Below are positions 26,501 to 33,052 of a stretch of DNA of 64,000 bases, in pieces. The translations under genes were made by a program, and so were the position numbers. Location of the stretch: contig JBMFHI010000001.1 of the NCBI GenBank assembly GCA_049976905.1, positions 27,149 to 91,148 of the forward strand, given 5' to 3'. Position 1 is the stretch's first letter. Each line of letters opens with the position of its first letter. This stretch comes from Syntrophobacteraceae bacterium. Lineage in GTDB: Bacteria; Desulfobacterota; Syntrophobacteria; Syntrophobacterales; Syntrophobacteraceae. The notes beneath the pieces were generated by a model. That model searched no databases. It was not told the origin of the DNA and saw only the letters and a program-made list of their open reading frames with translations.

Positions 26501-27016
26501 AGGATTTTCAAAAGTTTCAATGAGCTCACGGTAGTCGGAAGCATGCCTTCTGCCCCAGCCTAGAACATAGTCGATATCCGTGCCTATCACCTCAAGCTCG
26601 CTTGCTTGCGGAAATAACAAGTGCTCAAAATGACGCCGCAAAAAAAACTCGCAGAACTTAACTATTTTTGTTTCCTCTCCCTTAGTCCGGGAAAGAGGTG
26701 CATCCGGGGGAAGCGATAGGATGTTCGCTAAACGGTCGATAAGCTTTTCATGGATAAGGATTAACGGGCCGTGTTTTTGCGACAGTAGCAGGCTGGGCAG
26801 GGCTATCCGGTTTTCATCGTCTTGGAGTCTACCAAAAACAATCGCGCGGCGTAGTTCGATAAGATCGCCAAGGCTTACGTCCCTCTCCTCTCTGAAATAG
26901 GGCAGGACCCCGTTGCCCAGTACGGTTTGCAAGGTCTCAAAAGCCATCCTGAATGACCATTGCTGAGAAGCTGGGACATGGTTTGCAATTTCATGGTCCA
27001 ATTCGACAGAGCGCAT
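23543..27016 (-). CDS. atypical Lon-like ATP-dependent serine protease (1157 aa) with non-canonical N- and C-terminal regions
   Basis: LonA-like core: IPWGRI, Walker A GPPGVGKTS (aa 461-469), Walker B FIMDEADK, LLEILDPEQN, and a protease domain with DGPSAG (Ser798) and GGMAVKLETA (Lys841). Residues 1-~385 and ~916-1157 have no resemblance I can recognise. Confidence 0.8.
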   Translation of the reverse strand: MRSVELDHEIANHVPASQQWSFRMAFETLQTVLGNGVLPYFREERDVSLGDLIELRRAIVFGRLQDDENRIALPSLLLSQKHGPLILIHEKLIDRLANILSLPPDAPLSRTKGEETKIVKFCEFFLRRHFEHLLFPQASELEVIGTDIDYVLGWGRRHASDYRELIETFENPQWGAFGKNYGQLLRRAERGQTCGFRTGRVVAAYAAEAAQLPGGYLVDIFADLDLEMKSRVLGKIYRNSLIPGQSISKKTSGLTKILRLFEICVVNNSNQALQLFTLFNNRFGLGMIFDQLGVSPLLDREMEISKLFEIFRTHLEAPVQPADTFNTRHGQWKTTSQPGTVPPQQSRSLKERIDEARADPDVPHSVIEVIEKNRMNATGQSGAKYTELIETLLTIPWGRIKKIWVSPEEFYEGLNRSHYGLNKPKEIISDLFANLIWRYQHFKESESKSWHRTGSALLFVGPPGVGKTSLAISIARNLGIPYHKISLGGMKDEADIRGYGFTYEGSKPGLIVQGLIKMGVMNGMFIMDEADKTEKFAIATLLEILDPEQNHLFHDKYTQSTVDIDLSNSHFILTANTVETVPEAITNRCEVIFLDRYSVDEKIAIAREFLIERIRERYMIGRDEIVFDPEEETEILRSLIRDYTSEAGVRDLERIMRTLFLRTQRKEIMVKGKNSVTLDLAKIRKYLDAPIRQRLINEDDRVGEMMALGVNLEMGVGALIPIQVTPIRVGLDRQNGGQSYLSMLHTTGNIERVMDESRKVASTAILHLSRELGIDSADVSIPVHLHFMGGSTKKDGPSAGAAIALALASLFSMRKIRRDVAVTGEIDTQGRVTSIGGMAVKLETAYAAGCKTLIIPKENLSGNEGLDRLPDALKKELQILTFEQWESGEETFDYSRHMLQVVAVDDIVQAAKVAFIEDEEIDCLHAYFEEHAQKVLAETNTARPAALRVVFIDNFGAAAQELPGTHLCSDEDNCILLVRPDLLEDVSKRLGEPPGKSVLREFAPGRQRLLAVVRQILSEHAGSSSKPITMSVIAPLAFLRKEGLRPEDLETETGFAGLRIFADSCSAGNVPVRDCSITLARSLSKLVDLSEELLKSCPFLYKTDGIYAPTVAFIPEKYRIDIRRAQEILDHCLLRWLEITGGKSVDEPLTVMKAGSG

Positions 27017-27244
27017 CCCCAGACCTCCTTATGCCCAAAAATAAGAGCCTGTCATCTTCCAGAAAAGATAACACACGCCCTCCGGGTAGCCAGTGCCGGA
27101 CAGGAATTTGGGTCAAACAATGGGGCCGGGCAAAGATTTAAATCTCACAGGAAAAACCCCTTGGGAAGGGATAAGCCGGGATTAAAATCTGCTGTCGCTT
27201 TTTTTTTAGGTCCGGTAATTCCTATGGGTCTTTCGGCTCTCGCC

Positions 27245-28060
27245 TTAATGTTTTCCAAGTTCGGTCGATCGGTTTGTGGCCGCTTCCACGCATTCTAGAA
27301 AGGCCGCTCTAACCGAGTAAGATTCCAGTACCTGCAATCCGTGGATGGTTGTCCCGCCAGGGGAAGTGATAACATCGCGCAGTTCCGCCGGGTGTTTTCC
27401 GGTAGCTTCGAGCAGCCTGGATGTTCCAACGACCGTTTGGATCACAAGATCTCTGGCGGCCTGTCTGGGAAGCCCCATGAGCACGCCTGCGTCGATCATG
27501 GCCTCGATCATCAAAAGCACATAGGCCGGTCCGCTGCCGCTAAGCCCTGTCACAGCGTCCATCAATTTTTCCTCTATTTCCACCGCCTTACCTACGGTGG
27601 CGAAAAGAGTCAGGCACATTTGCATTTGCTTGTCGGTGACGGCCTTGCCGCGCGAAAGCGCCGAGGCGGCTTGCGCGACGAGTGCGGGCGCGTTGGGCAT
27701 TACCCGCACAACCGCGCTATCTTGCGGTAAACGTTGTTCCAAAACGTTTAGAGCTATCCCCGCGGCAATCGATATCACGAGGGGTTTGTGGGAAAGATGG
27801 CTCGAAAGGGTGTCCAAAACGGTTGTGATGGTTTGGGGTTTTACGGCAATCAAAATTATGCTGCTGGTTTGAGCCAGTTCGGCTATGTCGCGGCATGTCC
27901 TTATCGAAAGTTCGTTTTCAAGGTATTTGACCCGCGCTTCTACCACATCGAAGACACAAACCTTTTCAGCAGGAATAAGAGAGGCTGAGATCAAGCCCCT
28001 CATTAAGGCTTCCCCCATGTTCCCGCCGCCAATAAACCCCAGGCTCTGGTTGTTGAACAT
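27245..28060 (-). CDS. proC: pyrroline-5-carboxylate reductase
   Basis: LGFIGGGNMGEAL Rossmann motif, VRVMPNAPALV and SPGGTTIHGL. Confidence 0.9.
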   Translation of the reverse strand: MFNNQSLGFIGGGNMGEALMRGLISASLIPAEKVCVFDVVEARVKYLENELSIRTCRDIAELAQTSSIILIAVKPQTITTVLDTLSSHLSHKPLVISIAAGIALNVLEQRLPQDSAVVRVMPNAPALVAQAASALSRGKAVTDKQMQMCLTLFATVGKAVEIEEKLMDAVTGLSGSGPAYVLLMIEAMIDAGVLMGLPRQAARDLVIQTVVGTSRLLEATGKHPAELRDVITSPGGTTIHGLQVLESYSVRAAFLECVEAATNRSTELGKH

Positions 28061-28311
28061 GACAATTTTCTCCTCGCAGTTTTATTAGAGTTACTTGTTA
28101 ACTGATAGCAGAGGCCGGCGCACTTCGCAAGGCTAAGACAGCCGCATCGGATGTGAAGGGGCGGGATATTTTGGCGTTAAACCGCACCAGGCTGACGTGG
28201 ATAAAAGAGCTTAGAGGAAAAATCTAAACCTTGGCGGCATGGTTAACGACAGCCAGCCGGAAGGTCGAGCCGGAGCGGTTTGCAGGCCCCCAGCCACTCG
28301 GCCGAAAAGAC

Positions 28312-28342
28312 AAAAAAAACGCCCACCCCGAAGGGGCGGGCG
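28312..28342 (-). terminator. rho-independent terminator of the small secreted-protein gene
   Basis: The minus strand reads GCCCGCCCC-TTCG-GGGGTGGGC followed by TTTTTTTT (A-run 28312-28319 on the plus strand). It lies 26 nt after the stop codon. Confidence 0.8.
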
Positions 28343-28367
28343 TTTTAGCAGCCTGTAACCCGTTGTA

Positions 28368-28676
28368 TTACCAGGTACCCATTACCGCAGGAGTTTGCAG
28401 CTGATTACCATTGGTGGGGCAGTCGACCGCATGAACACCTCGGTAGTCTGTGTAGGCCGGCGAAGAGACACAAGAATAGTTGGCTACTGCCAGCTCGGTC
28501 GAGGTGGCCTCATTGGCCGCGGCCGCAGCGCCCGTGCCCTGATAGGTCGAATCAGCCAGAAGCATGGCCCCGCTTGTATGGTTAACCGGAACCGCTGTCG
28601 CCGCAAAAGCACACGGAACCAGAGCTATCGCCAACGCCATTGCCATCAACATGGTCATAATCGTTCTTGCCTTCAT
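28368..28676 (-). CDS. small secreted protein of unknown function (102 aa)
   Basis: AAGGAG lies 8 nt upstream of the ATG. Sec-type signal peptide MKARTIMTMLMAMALAIALVPCAFA-AT. The mature ~76 aa are Ala/Thr/Gly-rich with two Cys and a C-terminal Trp. The gene is flanked by a sigma54 promoter and a strong terminator. Confidence 0.6.
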   Translation of the reverse strand: MKARTIMTMLMAMALAIALVPCAFAATAVPVNHTSGAMLLADSTYQGTGAAAAANEATSTELAVANYSCVSSPAYTDYRGVHAVDCPTNGNQLQTPAVMGTW

Positions 28677-28724
28677 TTACTGTCTCCTTGTCTAAAGTGT
28701 TTTGTTACTGTTACAGGCTATTAG

Positions 28725-28740
28725 AGCAACGAGCATGCCA
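28725..28740 (-). promoter_or_regulatory. sigma54 (-24/-12) promoter of the small secreted-protein gene
   Basis: The minus strand reads TGGCATGCTCGTTGCT, against the consensus TGGCACG-N4-TTGCW. It lies ~50 nt upstream of the ATG at 28676. Confidence 0.65.
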
Positions 28741-28845
28741 TGGTTTTTGCGGCTCTCGAGAAGGACCCTATTGTTGTGCAATTACAGGGGGATGAAGGCT
28801 ATTGAGGCGGGCAGGCGGCGCGTTTTCGCCCCGCTTTCTTTTCTT

Positions 28846-28890
28846 GTTTAACAATAAAATTCCTGCCGGACAGGAATTTTATTGTTAAAC
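28846..28890. repeat. 45-bp perfect inverted repeat (20-bp arms, 5-nt centre)
   Basis: GTTTAACAATAAAATTCCTG (28846-28865), CCGGA, CAGGAATTTTATTGTTAAAC (28871-28890). It sits 106-150 bp upstream of the sigma54 promoter and ~90 nt downstream of the regulator gene stop. No T-run on either side. Confidence 0.7.
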
Positions 28891-28980
28891 GGGAATCTTT
28901 CCACTGTTGGTTCTGCGCCCGAGTTCGGCCAGGCAGCGCGCCGGCTCTGCGGCCCCTGCCCAAATGTTTCCCTACTGGTC

Positions 28981-30411
28981 CTATCTGGCGATCTTGTGCT
29001 TTTGAAAAAGAGCGTAGAGTCGGGATTGAGACAAACCAGAGATACGGCAAGCCTCTTTGATGTCGCCTTCGCAAAGCCCCAGCAGTTCGTTTAGATAATT
29101 TTTTTCGGCCTGCAAAGACGCCGCTTCTCGAAATTCCTGGAGGCTGGGAAGCGCAGGCGGCCCATTGCGAGCCTGGCCTGCCTCGGCGGGCAGGCTGTGA
29201 TTTACCGCCGCCCTGGCTTTTTGCACCCGGATATCCACGGGAAGGTGCTTGGGAAAAAGTGTGGGTTCAAAATGAGCTGCCGCAAGAGCCCGATCCAGGG
29301 TATTGACCAGTTCGCGAATGTTTCCCGGCCAGGAATAGGCCTTGAGCGTATCTACAAATTCCGGCGAGCACCCCTTGGCCCTGAGGCCGTACTTTTCGCA
29401 AAATCGGTCTATGTGATGCCGTGCAAGTTCCTTTATATCCACGGATCTTTCCCGCAGAGGAGGCAGCTCGATCACAAAGGATTTCAAGCGAAAAAGCAGA
29501 TCTTCGCGAAAATGGCCTTCCTGCGCCATTTTGTCCATGTTTCGATTTGTGGCCGCTACCACGCGGAAATCACTTCCAAGCTCGTTTTTGCTTCCCACGG
29601 GTCGAAACCGGTGTTCCTGGAGCACGCGCAGGAAAGATTTTTGAATTACCGGGGGCAGTTCGCCCACTTCGTCGAGGAAAAGCGTTCCGCCTCCGGCTTG
29701 CCGAATGAGACCGTCTGTAGCTTTTTCGGCACCTGTAAAGGCTCCCTTTTCATGTCCGAAGAGTACGCTTTCAACCAGTGTTTCGGGAAGCGCCGCGCAG
29801 TCGACTATAACGAAAGGCCCTTTTGCCCTCGCACTGTTGGTATGAATCGCCCGGGCGAAAAGTTCCTTGCCTGTGCCCGTCTCGCCTGTTATCAGCACGC
29901 TTGTCTCGCTTGCCGCAGCCTGGGCCAGAAGGTCCAGGCAATCCATGAGCTTGGGGCTCGTACCGATTATTTCGTCGCGCTTTAGCGCGATGATGCTCTT
30001 GGCCCCTGTTCGCGCGTTTTTTTTCTGCTTTCGATATTCGAGCGCTCTTAACAAAGGCAGGCTCATCTCCCGGGTGGAAGAGCCCTTTTCAATGTAATCC
30101 CACGCGCCGCTCTTAATGGCGATCTCCGCGCCGTCCGGATCTCCAAAGCCGGTGATGATGATAACCTCGGGGCAGGAGGGCACGGACTGGATTTTGGGCA
30201 GGGCCTCCAGGCCGTTGCCGTCGGGCATGCGCACATCGAGAAATACCACGTCGATATCTGCTGAGCGCGCCAGTTCCAGGCCTTCAGAAAGGCTAGAGGC
30301 GCAAACCGGATTATGCTCCACGCGTGTGACCATCCGCGAAAGCGCATAACACATCGACTCGTCGTCATCGACAATGAGAACGTTTGCCACTACGCACTCA
30401 CCCGAGCACAA
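28981..30411 (-). CDS. sigma54-dependent (NtrC-family) response regulator
   Basis: Receiver (VLIVDDDESM...VFLDVRMPDGNG), AAA+ sigma54-interaction domain (GETGTGKELFARAIH, GAFTGA, LFLDEVGEL, FREDLLFRL) and a C-terminal Fis-type HTH (ACRISGLSQSRLYALFQKH). An alternative GTG start at 30390 overlaps the kinase stop. Confidence 0.9.
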   Translation of the reverse strand: MCSGECVVANVLIVDDDESMCYALSRMVTRVEHNPVCASSLSEGLELARSADIDVVFLDVRMPDGNGLEALPKIQSVPSCPEVIIITGFGDPDGAEIAIKSGAWDYIEKGSSTREMSLPLLRALEYRKQKKNARTGAKSIIALKRDEIIGTSPKLMDCLDLLAQAAASETSVLITGETGTGKELFARAIHTNSARAKGPFVIVDCAALPETLVESVLFGHEKGAFTGAEKATDGLIRQAGGGTLFLDEVGELPPVIQKSFLRVLQEHRFRPVGSKNELGSDFRVVAATNRNMDKMAQEGHFREDLLFRLKSFVIELPPLRERSVDIKELARHHIDRFCEKYGLRAKGCSPEFVDTLKAYSWPGNIRELVNTLDRALAAAHFEPTLFPKHLPVDIRVQKARAAVNHSLPAEAGQARNGPPALPSLQEFREAASLQAEKNYLNELLGLCEGDIKEACRISGLSQSRLYALFQKHKIAR

Positions 30412-32585
30412 TTATTGTCAAGAATTTTGCGTATTATCCCGGCCAGTTCAAGGCTGCAAAGGGGTTTCATCCTAACCTCCCGTATTCCTATGAGCGCTGC
30501 CTCCCTCGGAGCTATCCCCTCGGCCGAATCGGGGCTAAATCCGGTGCACAGCACGATTGGAATTTCGGGCCGAATCCGCAGGGCTTCCCTCGCCAGTTCG
30601 ATACCCGTCATGCGCGGCATGCTCTGATCCGTAATGATAAGATCGAACTCCTCGGCCCGCGCGCGAAAGACTTCCAAGGCTTCCAAGCCGTTTCTAAACA
30701 CCTCGGCCTGATAGCCCAGCCGCTTTAGCATCTTCTCGCCCGCGTAAACAAGGTCTTCCTCGTCATCGACAAACATTATCCTCTCGCTTCCCCTGTGAAC
30801 AGCGTTGCACCTGGGCGCCTCGACCGGTTCCCCCGCAGCTTCGATGCCGGGCAAAAACACCTCGAAAGTCGTTCCCTTCCCCGGTTGGCTGGAAACGGTG
30901 ATATCTCCCCCATGACTCATCACGATCCCATGGGCCACGGAAAGTCCCAGCCCGGAGCCCTCCCCGTGTTTCTTGGTCGTAAAAAAAGGATCGAAAATCC
31001 TTTCGATGGTATTTTGATCCATCCCATGTCCCGTATCGCTGACTGTGAGTTTGACGCAGTAATCGCTCTCCACGCTCTGAAGGGAAGTGATTTTGGAAGG
31101 CTCGGCCACTACCTCGGAGAGCCGGCAGGGTTTTGAATTGCGCCCCCTGGGGGCATGAGCGGCTTTCAAAGGGTCGATACTCATCCTCGACAGGCTCACC
31201 TGTAGTATGCCCTCCTTTTCGCGCATCGCGTGAGCGGCATTGGTGCAAAGATTCATCACCACCTGGATAATCTGGGTGGGATCGGCCAGGATGGTGGCCG
31301 CTCCGGCAGAAATGTTCTGTCTTATCTCTACGTTTGCAGGCAAGGAGGCTCGAAGGAATTTGAGAAACTCTTTAACAAGGGGTTCAATGTGAATGGGACG
31401 CCGCTCCTGTTCGCTGTGCCGACTGAAGGTTAGAATCTGCTTTATCAGCAGTTTGCCCCGGTTGCCCGCTTTTAGTACACGCTCGAGGTCTTCGCGGGCC
31501 GTGCTGCCCTCGGGGGTCTCTTCCAGGGCAAACTCCGCACAGGATAGAATCGCCCCCAGGATATTATTGAAATCGTGGGCTATGCCGCCGGCCAGAGTTC
31601 CCAGCGCTTCCATTTTTTGGGACTGGCGCAGTTGCTTCTGAAGGTGTTCTTCCTGGGAAACATCGCGGCACACAAAGATATAACTTGTCTCCTGCCCTGA
31701 ATCGTCCCGGAAAGGCGATACACGCGCATCGATTTCCAAAATCAGGTCCCCGCTGTCTCCTTTTGCCGCAAAACGGCTGTTCCACGATCCCCCGCGCGCC
31801 ATGGCTTCTGTCATGACCTTGAAAATCCAGCCCTTTTTGCCTTCTCTGCCCAGATCGTAAATAGTCTTTCCGCTCGCCCACTGGCGGTCGCAACCGCTGA
31901 TGCGTTCAAGCGACAAGTTGATGTATTGCACTTCGCCCCGGCTATCGAAGATGGCTATGCCCTCTTCGAGTTGTTCGCAGGCCGTGGCGAGCAGCATCCG
32001 TTCCTTTTCTTCGCATTCTCGCCTGGCTTTGAGCCTCAAGGCCCTTAAGCCGTAGGAAAGATCCTCGGCCAGGTCCTTTAGCAGTTCGAGTTCCTCGGTA
32101 TCGAAGGCATCGGGTTCCTCCGCGTAAATCCCAAGAGCCGCAAAGGATGTTGCGTTTTCATCGAGAAGGGGAAGAGAGACCGTGGAACCAAAATTGCGCC
32201 TGAGGGCTTCTTCTTGCCAGTAACTGCATCCCGCGTGCTGCGTGATATCCTGGATGACGCTGGGCGCTCCAGTGCGTAGAGCCGTGGTGGTTGGGCCGCA
32301 TTTTCTCTCCGAATCCGTCCACAGAGCATCGAGCTTTTGCAGATAGCCGTCTTCAACGCCCCATTGCGCCGCGGGTCGAATCAACATTTCCCCGTCCTGC
32401 TGGGTAAGGCCTACCCAGGCAAACCTGTAGCCGCCTGTCTCCACAATGGTTCGGCATATTTCCTTCATCAATGCGTCTTCATTCTCCGCCCGGACAAGAG
32501 CCCGTTGGCAACCCCTAAGAGTTTCAAGCGCACGGCTGGCTCTTTGAAAACAATAGCTCGGTATCTGTCCGGACTCATTGGCCAT
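30390..32585 (-). CDS. cytoplasmic hybrid sensor histidine kinase (GAF-PAS-HisKA-HATPase-receiver)
   Basis: GAF-like N-terminus, a PAS-like segment, H-box GGIAHDFNNIL, N/G boxes (VMNLCTNAAHA, DTGHGMD, GSGLGLS) and a C-terminal receiver (IMFVDDEE...LIITDQSMPRMTG). No TM segment. Confidence 0.9.
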   Translation of the reverse strand: MANESGQIPSYCFQRASRALETLRGCQRALVRAENEDALMKEICRTIVETGGYRFAWVGLTQQDGEMLIRPAAQWGVEDGYLQKLDALWTDSERKCGPTTTALRTGAPSVIQDITQHAGCSYWQEEALRRNFGSTVSLPLLDENATSFAALGIYAEEPDAFDTEELELLKDLAEDLSYGLRALRLKARRECEEKERMLLATACEQLEEGIAIFDSRGEVQYINLSLERISGCDRQWASGKTIYDLGREGKKGWIFKVMTEAMARGGSWNSRFAAKGDSGDLILEIDARVSPFRDDSGQETSYIFVCRDVSQEEHLQKQLRQSQKMEALGTLAGGIAHDFNNILGAILSCAEFALEETPEGSTAREDLERVLKAGNRGKLLIKQILTFSRHSEQERRPIHIEPLVKEFLKFLRASLPANVEIRQNISAGAATILADPTQIIQVVMNLCTNAAHAMREKEGILQVSLSRMSIDPLKAAHAPRGRNSKPCRLSEVVAEPSKITSLQSVESDYCVKLTVSDTGHGMDQNTIERIFDPFFTTKKHGEGSGLGLSVAHGIVMSHGGDITVSSQPGKGTTFEVFLPGIEAAGEPVEAPRCNAVHRGSERIMFVDDEEDLVYAGEKMLKRLGYQAEVFRNGLEALEVFRARAEEFDLIITDQSMPRMTGIELAREALRIRPEIPIVLCTGFSPDSAEGIAPREAALIGIREVRMKPLCSLELAGIIRKILDNNCARVSA

Positions 32586-32694
32586 GGCATATCTCCAGGC
32601 TTATAAGACAATGGCTGTCACACTTCATCTGATTTCATCCCTTCCCTGGTTTGGGGGTTGTCCGGAAGAACAGACCCACTAAGAAGAAAATTAA

Positions 32695-32709
32695 GCATGT
32701 ATCGTGCCA
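32695..32709 (-). promoter_or_regulatory. sigma54-like promoter candidate upstream of the kinase/regulator operon
   Basis: The minus strand reads TGGCACGATACATGC, with a perfect -24 element and ATGC at -12. It lies ~110 nt upstream of the ATG at 32585. Confidence 0.45.
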
Positions 32710-33052
32710 TATTGTGCCTTTCGTTACACAAAATCGCATCGGCCCAGAGGCTCTTATGGCTGTCTCGGAGGCATAAACATGCACCTGTCACTGACAAAAG
32801 CCGATAATTGCCCAGGTTTCTTCCCCTTATGCCCTTAGGCGATTGGACAATTCGCTCAACTCCAGGCCGACGGGATCAAAGCGCGCGTTCCCGAATGCTA
32901 AATTATCTTCTGGCTTGAACAGGTCATTATAGAATTATTTTAAGCTTGTCTTCGCCAAGGGTGTAATTATTGTTTTTATGAACCCTATAATTTTGTATTT
33001 TTGTTTCCAGCTCGCATGTTGGAACCAACCATAAACAAACGAAGGGAAAAAT

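Noticed and set aside
23543-27016. Lon-like protease as part of a BREX-type or other phage-defence island
   Set aside because: No methyltransferase, PglZ, helicase, nuclease or other defence-associated genes are adjacent. The neighbours are housekeeping or TPR genes.
32786-32796. Palindrome TGTCACTGACA upstream of the kinase operon as an activator site
   Set aside because: Inverted repeats with 5-bp arms are expected tens of times by chance in this window.
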